The notes beneath the pieces are model-generated. The model searched no databases. It was not told where the DNA came from and worked only from the letters and a program-made list of their open reading frames with translations. From Vicugna vicugna (Eukaryota): a DNA stretch of 64,000 bases. Below, piece after piece: positions 39,998 through 53,301 of the stretch. Every line of letters starts with the position of its first letter. Within the stretch, counting starts at the first letter, position 1. The DNA lies in assembly GCA_013265495.1 (NCBI GenBank), contig MU058781.1, positions 11,079,009-11,143,008 of the forward strand, in the 5' to 3' direction. The position numbers and the translations under genes are program-made.

Positions 39998-41913
39998 AGC
40001 TAGAGGCCAGAACCCTTGGCCACCAGGTAGAGCTATGTGGTCACCCCTCTGTCTGCTAAGGCATCCACAGAATGTGACACTTAACTGAGGGGCTAACCTC
40101 TGGCTAGTTCCCTGCTTTATTCTTCATTTGGACTCAGCAGCCACCTCCCTTGTCTCAGGTGTGAAATGCTTCCCTTCAAAACTACCTGGTGATTAGGAGG
40201 AGGTTAATGGCGGTGCTGAATGAATGAACTAATAGATCTGAAACTAGCAGCCAACTTCAAATGAAAATATAGAAATAGTTATTAGATAGCCACATTATAT
40301 TTTAATGTGTTCCCACTCCACCCCATGCGTGCACACACACACACACAAACCTTTGCAACTATTTAATTTCTTCAAAATCCCCAAGTAGTTCTCAGCCTCC
40401 GCCTATTTAGCTGGGCTTGCCTGATTGCCCAGCTAAGCAGAAACAGTTACAGCCAGCCAGACGTCAGTGTTAGTGCACTGAGCAAGTGATGACACGGACA
40501 CAGAACCCATGTTCCACCCCCACCTCAAAGAACCTTACAAAGATCCTGACGATATTAATAATTTCGATAGAGAAAAGCAGACACTGCAGTCAAAAGAGGG
40601 GAGTTGGAGAGTGTGGGGAGAAAGGAACAGGGATACCGACGGAAAAGGTAAGAGTAAGAAATCTCAAATTCAGCTTGAGAGAGTGAGGAAGTGGGGAGAG
40701 AAACAGGAAGGGAAAAAACCTTTTTCCCAGGTCCAATAACACCGTCCCTTTTACAGTCCAGGGAAGCAGAGCTCCCTCCTGTGACACATCTCCTCTCCTT
40801 CCTGCAGAAGCCAGTTCTCAAATGACACCAAGAGATTGTGTCCATACCTGAAGATCACTGGCGGGGAGGGGGAGGGGGCAGTCCTGGACAAAGTTTTTGC
40901 CTACTGATGTTTTCTACAATGGTGATGTCTACTGGCCATGCAAAATATGTACTGTGTGAGACGGGGCAGCTGTGGTCTGGTGGAAAAGCAGCAGTCACTC
41001 TACAGCTTCAGGCTAGAGAATTCACCTCACCCTTTGGACACTGAGGATAATAATAAGAATTGCAGTAAGGCTAGTAAAGATCAAATGAGATCATGCACAT
41101 AAAAGGCCATTATAAACTGAATAATAACATATATATTTATATATTGTTACCACTCCTTTTTCTTGCCATTGAATGGAAGGAGTTGAGAGACTGTCCGATG
41201 AAATATTACAGTACAAGATTTGTACTAATGAAATTGTATTCTAGTGGGCCACTTAGAGCAGTATTCCTTCTAAATCTCATTCACATGGAAACAAACAAAT
41301 ATATCAAGAAACTTAGAAACTGTCTTGTCCTTATCAGTTAATACAGTTAGAACATAGGCTGATGTTCAACTTCTGGTCTATTGAGACAATTAGGTGTGAT
41401 TTACATAAGTTAATCATCCTTGCTCTTAATTACTTACGTTGATTCTTTGATTCCAAGTTCCCTGCCATGGACTTTTCAACAAATTTACCATCCAATAGCT
41501 TTTCTTATTTCTGAACTGCTGTTTACTCTTAAAAGAAATACAAATGTGCCAGCAGGAGATACCAAGGATGACCTCCATAAATTAGTACATGCACCTAGGT
41601 AACACACAACTTTGTCTTCAGTTGGCATGCCAGGTTGACAGTAGCCAGTTAGGGGTATAAAAATGACAGATATATAGGTAGTACATTGTGCTTCCCAAAG
41701 CACTTTCACATATATTTTCTCATTTCATCTCCCCAAGTGGTAGGCAGGCATGATTAGTCCCATTGCATACAGAGAGAAATCTGTCTTAGGAAAAGTTAAG
41801 TAACTTGCCAAAGGTTATGTGACCAGTGGGTGACAACATCTTTTATCTGCATCATAAAAAAATTAACATGCAAAAGTTCCAATTGAAGGACAGTGGTCCC
41901 AGTAGTTTATAAA

Positions 41914-41933
41914 CTGGTTACTATAGTAACCAG
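41914..41933. promoter_or_regulatory. Perfect 20-bp palindrome containing an RFX X-box match
   Basis: CTGGTTACTATAGTAACCAG; the core GTTACTATAGTAAC (41917-41930) fits GTTRCY-AT-RGYAAC. Confidence 0.5.
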
Positions 41934-42155
41934 GCACCTGGATAACCCCAACTCTTAACATCTGACTAATGGATTAACAAGGCAGAGGGACTGGCTGGGC
42001 TGAGCTGGGTTCCGTGTCTCTGCTTCTCTCCTCTCTGCTCATTGCTGATCATCTTTCTGACTGACATAGACTTTAAAAGCTGACTCTGTTCCCTGAACAT
42101 TATCCCTTTTATCAATTAGGCAGCATTAAATCAGAAACAAACCCTACTTTCTCAC

Positions 42156-42516
42156 TGTTTCAGGCTGGATTATGTCCCCTCAAAATTTATATGTTAAATT
42201 CCTAATTCCTAGTAGTTCAGAATGTGACTGTAAGAGGTAATTAAGTTAAAAATGAGGTCTTTAGGGTGGGCCCTAATCCAATATGACATCCTTCTATGAA
42301 GAGATTAAGATGCGAGATGTACAGAGCAAAGACTATGTGATGACATGGGGAGAATTCAGTCAGCTACTAGCTAAACAGAGAGATGTCAAAAGAAACCAAC
42401 TCTGCCGACATCTGGATCTCAGACTTCCAGCCTCAGGACTGGTAGAAAGTAAATGTCTATAGTTTAAGCCACCCAGTCTGTGATCCTTTTTTAGGGCAGC
42501 TGTGCAGACTGATACA
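42156..42516 (+). mobile_element. MaLR solo LTR (MLT1B-like)
   Basis: TG...CA ends with a perfect 5-bp TSD CTCAC (42151-42155 and 42517-42521); motif agggtgggccctaatccaatatgac. Confidence 0.85.
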
Positions 42517-43016
42517 CTCACCAAGTATTTCCTTCCTCCCTCCCTTCTCCTCCCCACCCCCCCCCACATTCATGTTCTTATTTATATTCTTTCCTCTCTC
42601 TCCCTCTTTATCCCCTTCACTCTATTTCCTTTAAAAGCCCCTGACCACAAGCTAGGGAAGTGGGCTTCCTCACAAGGGGAAGAGGGCTGGAGAGATGTGG
42701 AGAGTGGGAAAGCAGAAACCAGTCCTTCCCAGACACAAGTATTAGGTGCGGAGGGGTCGGGGAAGGGACCATCCTCTGTGGAAGAAGCTGAGAAGAGCCC
42801 TGGCTGCACCCCCAGCACCGTCTATTAGTCACTGCTCCTTCTCCCTTTATCCAGAAGGTTCTTCCTTCCTTTCGTGAGACACACCAAGCCTTCCTGGCTC
42901 CCTCGGGGAGCTGTCACTCCTTATCTGCACCCCACCCCCCAGAATGCCTGCCACACTCTAATCACTGTGTGCTGTTACTCTCCATCTATGTGCCATATGA
43001 AAGTAGTGAACATGGC

Positions 43017-43143
43017 GGGGATGGGTACAGCTCAGTGGTGGAGTGCATGCTTAGCGTGCGTGAGGTCCCGGGTTCAGTCCCCAGCACCTCCATGAAAGAA
43101 AAGGAAAGGAAAGGGAAGGGAAGGGAAGGGAAGGAAAGGGAAG
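43017..43143 (+). mobile_element. tRNA-derived SINE (Vic-1-like) with a purine-rich (GGAAG/GGAAA)n tail
   Basis: GGGGATGGGTACAGCTCAGTGGTGGAGTGCATGCTTAGCGTGCGTGAGGTCCCGGGTTCAGTCCCCAGCACCTCCA. Confidence 0.8.
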
Positions 43144-46100
43144 AGTAGCATGAATTGCTCTCGAGTAGATGCCTCAAAGGATGTTCGGAATGACTGTTGG
43201 AACACAGGCCTTCTGGAAGCTTCTAGAAGCAAGGGCTCTTTCTTACACTCACCTTCTGTCCATCACCACATTTCCCACAGTACTGCATATTTACTGTCTT
43301 GAATTAAACACAAATATGCCTCCCCAGGAAAAAGTCAGCACCAAATGTGCCTTCAGGAAAGGACAGGTGATGGTGACAAGGCTCATGTCTATTGGGCACT
43401 ATCTCCAGGTACCTGGTACTCTGTGCACCTCGTATACATAATCACATTTAAACTAACCTCACCATCATTTGAGGAAAATACTATTATCGTCCCAATTTGC
43501 AGGTAAATAAACTGAAGCATAAACAGTTAGTTAAACTTGCCCAAAACACCACCGATAGTGACAGAGGGATATGAAATCTTTTATGACCACAGTACTGTAC
43601 TGTCTCCCGAAGCCAACGTACAGAGCAGTACCCCAAACTCATCATGATGAGTTACTAGTTACTTCCAGCCTAGTGTCTTCTAAGCCAGTGCTTCTCCCTC
43701 CCTGGCCATCATGTTAAATGCAGATTCCAAGTCAGCAGTCCTGAGCCTCTGCGTTTCTAACAGCTCAGGTGCTGCTGATACTACCAGCCCCCAGGCGACA
43801 TTTCATAAGGCTCCAAACCACATATGACACATCATGGTCATAAGATCACCACCAATCTAAAAGGATGTTTTTAGTTGAAATCTCTAATTGCAATAATGCC
43901 TTGAAATAATGCCTCTCTCGATGAAGGTCATATTTCTAACTTTAAAAATACCCATTTTATTTAAAACTGGGAGAAAACAGGACTGACTGTTGACAGAATG
44001 ATGTTTAGCAGTAAGAAAGTTCTGCAAGACTTATTCTAATTACATCACCCTGCCACTCTTTCCTAAGAGTCATGAAAAAAGAAACACGTCATTGCCAAGG
44101 CAATAAAACAGAAAGATATTTTTACCTATCCTTAAAGGTCTTCTCTCCTGACATTTATGTCAAGTTTTAGTCAATGTGTGACTAAAATTTTAAGAGAACC
44201 AGTTTTCAGGTACATACTGTTTCTCCATCCTGAACTTTCGGGCCTAGCTCACAGCTATGAGTAATTGTGAATACTGTACTCTATATAAAGCCAATTCTTA
44301 CATTTCACTGGAGTCAAGAAAGGGTACTCATTATACCTCTGTTCCGTACACACGCTAAACTGATGTACGTAAGGATCGCACAAGTCCTTTAGATGATTCC
44401 AGTCTCACGGCCTCACTGAAATCAAGAACTTCGGAGTGCAGCTAGATTAACAGACATATTACACATACATGTACAATTACAGATAATACATTCCCTTAAA
44501 TATAGACATTTCCATAAGTTGAGACTTTTACCTTTTAAAAAGCACAAGACTTATCACAAGCAATTGCTCTTAATATTGTTATTAGAAAACTTGCACTAGA
44601 TTTTCTCCTTGACATGACCCCAGCGTTGCTGTTCCAAGTGTCCTTTTGCCGGCATTTGCCTACATGCATATCTTACTGTTTATTTTGTAAGGGGCATCCT
44701 GAGAAATGGTTGATTTGTATGGCAAGACAGAAAAGGTCTGGTAGTTATTATTGCTGGCTGCATCCTAGCGGTGAAGGCTCAGGGGAAACCTTACGTATTC
44801 AGGTTTTCTAGAGAATATGCATGCGGTTACAAAGGTTAATTCGGGATTCCTGAGTGGTAAAAGGAAAGAAGATGGAATATGGAAATCATATGGAAATAAG
44901 CCACAAAATATCAGAAGCATCAATTACTCGGAAGGTATTTTCACAGACAGATGGGACTGCTCAAATGACTTACACTTTAAACTCACATCACACCTTTGAC
45001 AGTAACAGTGGTACCAAAAATTAGAAATGGGAAAGGCATCTAAACAGAGACTGCAGCTGATATCCCACCCACTTTAGAAGTAAATGTTGATCTTTCTTAT
45101 ATTTATATTAGCATCCCCTGAGGAATATATTTGAACCCTTGCTCTCTGAGACAACAGCACAAGTTAGAAGTTTCTAGTCAAGAAAGCCTACTAACCACCC
45201 AACTGTTCTCCCCATTCTTACACATCAGGCGCCCCTCCCTGAAGTACCCGAGACCTAGAAGCTGGAGCTCAGAATGCAACCTGCACCCCGACGAAAACAC
45301 CACCTTAGATGTCCACGTAGCCATGTAACGTTCACTACCATGGACGTTTGGGAGTGAGGATCTGTTACAGGCTTTGGGTGTGGGGTATTTCGGTGGATTT
45401 GATGGCAGAATTCAGGCAGAGATGGTGAGAGTACAGAAGTTGCCCACTTGTTTGTATTTCTGTTCCCATGGAGACTAAAATCATCTCCTACCCGAGCTGA
45501 ATGAGGTGTTTTGAAATAATCAGTTTCAATTTTTCATGACAGCAAAGTACCACTGCCTATTTTCAGCTTTCAGAGGCTTACTTTCACAGAGGGGCGAAAA
45601 ATGGCTTAGATGTAATTTGAAGTACAATGACCTACAAAAAGGGTGTCTCTATGCACAGACATGACCCTGTAAGGACACAAGGAGGGTGAAGCTTGGGCCG
45701 GCCACCTGCTGGATGCAGGCTCACCTGGGTCCATTACACTCCACAAGTGCCCACAGCACTCCTAGGATGAGACATAATATACCAAAAACATGTTAAGATA
45801 TAGTCAACGCTAGGAAAAAAACTTCCCTGTTAAGTTTTCTCACTTTAGAAGTAAATGTGACTTTTTTAAACATGTAAATAAATAAATAAATAGGAAAAAA
45901 ATAAATGTGGATTTTTTTTCACTTACATCAGAAATCCCTGAAGGCTACATTTTCATGTTTAACACCATTCATATCAATTAAACACAAATCTACCAAGGTG
46001 ATGTCACAAAACCCTTGTCAATGATGCACAGGGAAGTGAAGTCTTCCAGCTGTGTGTGATGCTTATAGCACCAAACATGAATAGGATTCACCAAGAGGAT

Positions 46101-47059
46101 ATGACTTTAAAGCAGAGAGTGGTGAAAATACTGTTTGCACATAATTCCCTTTCATTTTAGGAAAGGCAATGGAGGCCAAGGAGCCCTCTATACGGATGGA
46201 ATGTTTTTGTTTGTGAGATGCTTAGAAGTTCCTATTCCTCCCCGCTTCCCTTCCTTAAGGTATTCAGAGAACGCATCAAACTGGAAGCCAGGAGCCTGGG
46301 TGCTGGTTTAGAGGCCTCCACCAGCAGGAGGCGTCTTTGTGCGAAAATGGCTCTCCCCACTTTGGATTTTCAATGGCAAAGTAAGGAGCTTAGACTGGCT
46401 TCCCTTCTGCTTCTAAACATTTTATAACTCTTATTTTAATAAATGCATTTCACTGAAACAGATTTAGGGGTCTGGTCAGAAAAGCAGCCTTCTTTATCTT
46501 TCTGTGTAATTTACTGCATATGAAAAAGGAATACAAACAAGCCCTGCATTGAGCTGGCCTTTCATCAGAGAAGTTGTAAGTAACTGCTGATTCTCCAGGA
46601 GTGACAGAACAATGTCAACAAGCATATTTGTATTTCAAACCTCTTTCTGGTTGAAGCCTCTAGGCTGCAGATGCTTTAAAATGGCATTATGTTCTATATG
46701 TGTACATCAATCATCACAAACTCAAATGCCCCCAGGGTCTGGGCAAATAACATAAATGTGTAATTCAGGACAAATGTCAAATAATAGGGAATGCTGCAGC
46801 CTGTGGTAAACAGAAGTGTACATGGTCGAATGAAGAGATTCAGATATTGTAATCCCCATGCCAGTCAGAAAGAGTCTCTCCTCGGAGATTTGGTCACAGG
46901 CTGCCAGTTTGTCATGCCTAGTGCAGATTCTATGAAGACAGTGTATTTTCACTGTGATGAATTAGTGTGAAACAGTGATTTCTGGTTAAACACAGCAGGT
47001 TGAACAAATGTGTGGATTTTTTTTTCCTTAGGTCCTCTCTGATCCCCTTCTACATTCTA

Positions 47060-49230
47060 GGTAAGAACAGTTTAAAAAGGGATGAACTCAGAAGGACACA
47101 GAAGCCTGAAAAGGAAATAACAGCCACGAAATTTTGGAAACTGTAAAGCCAGTGGATGTGGGGCCAATAACAAGAGAAATGAGGAAGCTGAAATTTGAGA
47201 CTGTAGAGAGGGGAAGACAAGAAGCAAACCTTCACATGTTAAAAAATAAATAAATAAAAAACAAACGAACAAAAAACAACCTATAGAAGACTCAGGAATT
47301 AGAGGTACCATCTGTCTCTGGAAGAAGGGGCATAGGTGTAACTAAAAATGGGTGGATTGATCTAGAGTCTTTAAAAGAAGGAGGTAGACTCTCAAGATCT
47401 CCTTGCTACCCTAGAGAAATAAAGGAGGTTTATTTTTTAAGGATGTTGAACTACAAAGAAGCTGGACTCAAGCACAGTGAGAACAAGGACACCACACTGA
47501 AACCCAGAAGAATAAATCTCTCGAAGTCTTTTACTTAAGGTTCCTAAGCCCCATTCCCACAGTCAGATCCCAAAATATTCACAGCCAGGCCTACCCCACA
47601 AGGCAAGAGATTGAAAGGTTCCACTCAAAAGAAACAGACCAATGCAGAAGAACAACACACATCGCTGAAAACTGGAGGTCTGTCAATGAGATGGCTAAAA
47701 CAATCACTCTACAGTGAACCTCCCCCAAGCTGATGAGCCCTGTCTATGCACAGAGTTCTAATGCTTTGCTCTAAAATCTAACCACACATACACCTTAAAT
47801 TTATACAATGTTATATGTCAAATAGATTTCAATTAAAAACAAATCTAACCACAGCCTCTAGTATGAAGACAGAGATCAATAAGAACTACATTCAGTACCC
47901 AGAACAATAAGTAAAAAGACCTGCACTAAGGCTTATAATTAGAAATTTGCAGAACACAGGGGAAAAAGACAAGCACCCCAAGCTTAGGAAACAGAATGTC
48001 ATCAGACTTCTCCGCTGCCATTCTGGTTGGGAAGAACAATTGAGGAATGCTCTCAAAATTCTGAGAGAAATCACTTCTAACCTAGAATTTTATACCTAGC
48101 CATCATTACAGTCAAGTTTGAGTAGGGGGGAAAAATAAAAGACATTTTCAGACATGCAGAGAATCAAAAAAATATAAGTGCCTCCCATGAAGCTTTTCCC
48201 AGGAGGCTACTAGAGGTGAGCCCCACAAAAAAATAAATAAATAATGGTATAATTAAGAAAAAGGAAGGTCTAGAATCCAAGAAATAGGGAACCCATCCAA
48301 TGGAGAAGCAAAGGAAATTCCCAAAATAATGGTGACAAAAAATACCAGGAGAATTCTGAAAAGTAAATCCAAAGAACAACTAACCAGAATAAGTAAATTT
48401 TATTTTTCTGATGCAGATAACTGAAGGGCTAGAGAAAAAGGTGAAAATGAGATTTCATGATCACTGTGCACTTTTGAGTACATCAAGATGAGATCAATGA
48501 TTCTGGCAGAGTTTGGTAATAACTACACAAATTAGAAAACTAATCAAATGAAAACTTAGAAAATAGGCAATTACTAAGATTAGGGAGGAAGAAAAAAATA
48601 TTACATGAGAAAGGAAATGTAACCAGAGTATATTATATGGCTCAGCTAAGAATAATACTGCCATAGTGAAAATAATGTGCAGATTGAATATTGATTTAGC
48701 CAAAAATTATTACAAAATTGTAGTGTAAAGAAACAAGGAGAAAGATATGACTGTATATGTTTCTGTGAATGGGGCCTGATTTGGAAGGGAGAAGAGAGGC
48801 AGGGGTTCATTAAGAGATCTAAATAATCATCATTAGAGATAAAATTAATAAATAATATCTAGATTTGAAAAATAAAATCAAGAAAGTTATCAAATTTCGG
48901 ATGTCACCAATTAAAGGGATCTCCATTATTCTATATACCTCTTAGAATAAAAAAAATGCCAATTAAACTATGATACTTGTAAGACTCAAAGATCTCAGAG
49001 GTATTGAAATGGCGTGGAAGCAAGAATATATGGTTTAGGAATATAGCATGTATTCCGTGAGAAAGAGCTAATAGTTCAAGTTGGTTATGTCTATAGAGCA
49101 GAAATCCAAGTGAGGAAGACTGGGGCAGGTGGCTGCTAATTTTGTTATAGTTTTTGCTGAACTGGTTGACTTTTAAAAATAGTATAGAATAACTTTGTTG
49201 TTAAGGGTTTATTAAGTTTTAAATAAATAA
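47060..49230 (+). mobile_element. Old, fragmented L1 (5'/ORF1 region)
   Basis: Degenerate ORF1-like motif tctcaaaattctgagagaaa...aacctagaattttatacctagc at ~48050-48100. Boundaries approximate. Confidence 0.5.
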
Positions 49231-50509
49231 ATAAGAAAATAGTATGTATCACAACCTCCAATTTAAAAAAAAAAAAGCTTTCACTGCTCCTGTATTCATG
49301 ATGCTAGCTTAAATGCTATTTTATGAAACTACTTTGCACAAAAACATCTTGCAATTCTCATTTTATTACCACTCAGAATCAACTACAAATGGATGGAAAA
49401 AGCTATTAAACAATCGAAAACCACTCTAGAGTTACGATCTGCAGCTTCTGCTCTCTTCCCTCGGATGGAACAAAATCCAAACTATAATTGCTTCTTTGCC
49501 TATTTTATAGGTATTTATTTGCCTGTGTTTCTGAGATGGTGGATTCTCCTGCCTGAGCCTTACTTACTAGAGGCAGTTTATTTAACTCGTTTCTTGCCTC
49601 CTTAGCTTGGAAAAGCATCAGTTTATAGATGGAGCTTATTGACACATAAGTAATCGGCACCAAGGAATTGCCACAGATTATTTGGTTAATCAGGCACTTG
49701 CTCTACTGCCTGTAGGAAACCAGATTGATTTGAAACACGCATGCCAAAAAAAAAATAATTTTTAAAAGAGTACCTTATTCATATGAGACCTAAACCCTCC
49801 CCTGAGAAAAGATATTTGTTCTGGTCTCCCCAAATTCATAAAAGAATGTGACATTTTTCAGTTTCCCATGGGTTTGGAAGTAGCAATAGATCCAGGATCA
49901 TTAACTTATCTGTAAATAATTAAGAGTCTAGACTTTGGGACAGAGCTTAAACATGTTTTGGTTGAAATTAGTCCACAGTGCCCCATTACACATGCTTAAA
50001 GACACAAACACAATGCCAGATGGGACCAGCAGAGGCTATGAAAGACTATGGAAGACCTGAAATTTTACCATACTTAACAAACTAAGGCATTAGCTTGCTA
50101 TTGTTTCATGGATGCTAGCAGAAGACAAGAGACTGCTGGGTCAGAGACAAAGGACTTTACTGCTCACAGCAATAGCAGTAGCCAGAGTAGCAGCATGTCC
50201 ACCCACTCCCCCCAGGCCCTCCTCCCACAAGGTAACATGAAAGGGGCTAGGTGATACACACAGTGGCATTCTTCTCGTACAGGGGAAGGACCCCAAGCTT
50301 AGGGAACCCAAATCTTTTTTTCCAAATAATTTTATTGTGATAAAATAAACATAACATAAAACTGACCATTTTAACCAGTTTAAAGTATGCAATTCAATGG
50401 CATCATATCTTTTAACATGGGACGTTAACCCGCCTGACCTCCATAACGTCTGCACCATAAGAAGACATCATTACACTGGACAATAAACAAACCCAGCCCT
50501 TGTCCCACG

Positions 50510-50722
50510 CCAGGATATCTCAGTCTCAGCACTATGGACATTGTGGGCTGGATAATTTTTTGTTGTGAGTTCAGTCATGTGCATCATAACATTTAGCAGA
50601 TTCCTTGGCCACTACCCACTAGATGCCTGAAGTGTTTCCTCATTGATAAGAGTCAAAAATGGCCCCAGAAGTTGTCAATTATCCCCTTGGAGGCAAATCG
50701 CCTCCAGCTGAGAATGACTGTT
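50510..50722. mobile_element. MER20-like hAT DNA transposon, nested in LTR-like sequence (~50030-50870)
   Basis: tctcagcactatggacatt...gggctggataatt...tacccactagatgcc...gctgagaa. Confidence 0.7.
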
Positions 50723-52638
50723 CCAGAGGAAGTCACTATCTCTGCCTTTCAAGGCTGTTCACTTTACAAACATCCTTGAAAAAATAGTCGAGAACAAAGG
50801 CAATCTGTGCCTCTACTCACAAAGTATGCAGAAACACAAGAGATTCCTGGAGAATTGCCTCTCAACAGAGAGGCCTTAATATTGACTTCTAAAACTTGAT
50901 CTGCTTTTCAGGCACAGATAAATTACTTGGCCAATTTGCACATGATATTTATACACAAACACACCCCCTTCTTCATGTTCCTTTGACTAAAGTTATATCA
51001 TGAACCTTCTGGATGACGGAAAACAAGTCCAGAGAGGTTAGCTAGGTATGGCCCGAAAGGAAATACAGGTATCATTTAGAGCTGAACCGAGGAGTATATG
51101 ACGACATTTCCTTCCTTACGCAGGAATTTTTCCCTTCCTTGGGTTAATAATTGGCTTTTTGTGGGGAGGAAGGCATTTAATACTCTTCCTCCAGAAGTTA
51201 GACCTGCATTCAAACCCCAATTCCTCTACTTAATGGTACAATCCTGGGCAAGTAATTTCACCTACTAGAGCTCACTTTATTTCTATATATAAAGTGGGGG
51301 TGATAAGACCTAACTTACAGGGTTGTCATCACAATTATATAAGATATAATATATAATATAATAATATAAGACTGGCCCAGTACAGTGCCAGGCACCCAGT
51401 AGGTACTAAAGAAACAGTAACTATTGCTTAATGAACATCACCATTAGAGCATGTCCTCAGAGGTGTTCTCCCCATAGTGGAGCTTTACACTAATTTCTCC
51501 ACACACTCACTTGGCTTTTCACAATATTTATAACATCGCTGCTGACGATCTGGAGCAAAAGATCATCAGGCCATAGAGAGAATGACGCAAAGACCTGACT
51601 TCATGAGCATCTCATGCCAACCACATGAGCTAGACAATCCTGACTCCATTACTAATAGGGTCAAAGAAGAAAGCAGTTCTGACCTTGTGTTACCTGTTTT
51701 TTTTTTTTTTCTTTTTTTCCAACTGACATAAATTTGTTGATATTGCCCGGCTCTTACCAATCGGTTTAAGCCATCTGTCTTGCGTATTTATATTTTAACA
51801 AGCTAGCACTCTCAGTCAAACAAGAAATCAAGCTCTGCGGACACTTATTCAAGGCTGTTTCAGGGTCATCAGGGATCAATCCCCCCTGCCTGCTCCCCTT
51901 CCTGGTGATCATCAAACTCACAAGTAAAGAAACACCAGTCACGGATTTCAAAACTTAAGTTATTAACAGAGAGAGCTCCTTTTCTGGTAATAATGCTGTG
52001 ACTTTTTCTTGATAGTTTGGCATTTTGACTTTGGAATATAAAATAGTCTTGGTTTCCGCAGCTATTAGGTGTTGTACATACGTGATGATTACTCTTCTCT
52101 GTCTTAAAATATAATATTTAATTATAGCTTCACCGAAGACTTAAAATTCTGTTTTTCCATAGGGAAAAAAATACCTATAACTGGAGTTAATGAAAAATTA
52201 TTAGTTGTAGCTAATCCTGGATAATAAATTAGATTTTTGAAATCTGTGTGATTTTTAACACATGAAGCTTTTTATCAGGAAGGTGATGCTTACAGAAAAC
52301 ACCTGTGAAATCATGAGATGGCAATTTATTTCACTGCTGCACTGTTAAGACAAGTACAACTGAGAAGATCAACTATGGAATTTGCTGGATTGTGAGATTT
52401 GCTTTTTGAAAAGAAAATATCACATGATAGAGGACAAGTGGCAATTCCTGGTGACTTCTTATGTCCTAGAGCCTGGGATTACGAATTTCCACCCCACCAC
52501 ATATACCTAAATTCCAACCCTCCAATTAGAATTATGAGAAACCTGGTTGAATTGTACTAAAAATCCTAAAAGTCTTTTATTTCTTGTATCATTTAGCCAG
52601 AATTAACACTACTTAGTTCCCCATATAAGCACATGCGT

Positions 52639-52671
52639 GTACACACACCACACACACACACACACACACAC
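52639..52671 (+). repeat. Interrupted (CA)n microsatellite
   Basis: tacacacaccacacacacacacacacacacac. Confidence 0.85.
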
Positions 52672-53200
52672 TCCTAAAAGTACCATGTACCATTGGCTTA
52701 AAAAGAAAATCAATGCACACTAGCAAATATTTGAGCTGCATTTTTATAAGCAATTCCTTTATGAAAGACGAGTTCCAACCATAACCATTTCAAGGAACTT
52801 AAAGGAGAGAGTATCACAGCATTTTTAACTGCTTTTCTAAATGGAGGACTTTTTCCCTAGATTTTAAAAACCCTAAGCCAAACTCTCTTTTTGTATCAAA
52901 TTTTCTCCCTCTGTATCTCATACCTAACTCCAACCCACCTCATTCTTCAATGCTGTTTATTTAAAAAAATCATTTTCCATAATAATAAATAAGACTGTCC
53001 AAACAGCTACTCTGTGTAGGGAGACTAGGAAGAACTGTGGTGCTTCGTTTTGTTTTGTTTCCAAAGGTCATTGAGCCACGTAGTACCTGAGAGGTCTTAA
53101 CTAACGCTGCGTAAGAACCACACAGGGCAGATCACACAAAACTTGAAAGAAAAATAGCACTCATTGGTTTACGCATATTTTTAAAGGCATTGGAGACTAC

Positions 53201-53301
53201 CTGGTCCACTGGAATCTCAACCTGAGTATCTTCATCTTCTTGGACTTCTGCTGCCCCCCGCGTTTCAGATCTCTCCTCTCCAGCTTTGAAAACGCCTTCA
53301 T
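53201..53301 (-). CDS. DCDC2: Doublecortin domain-containing protein 2, internal coding exon (equivalent to human exon 8)
   Basis: Reads (D)EGVFKAGEERSETRGAAEVQEDEDTQVEIPVDQ. Acceptor taatAG at 53303-53302 and donor CAG|GTAGTC; 101 nt, phase 1 to phase 0. Confidence 0.95.

Noticed and set aside
43017..43092. tRNA gene (also 26500-26575 and 60030-60100)
   Set aside because: The tRNA-like heads are diverged, with imperfect stems and A-rich or simple-repeat tails, consistent with SINEs rather than functional tRNAs.
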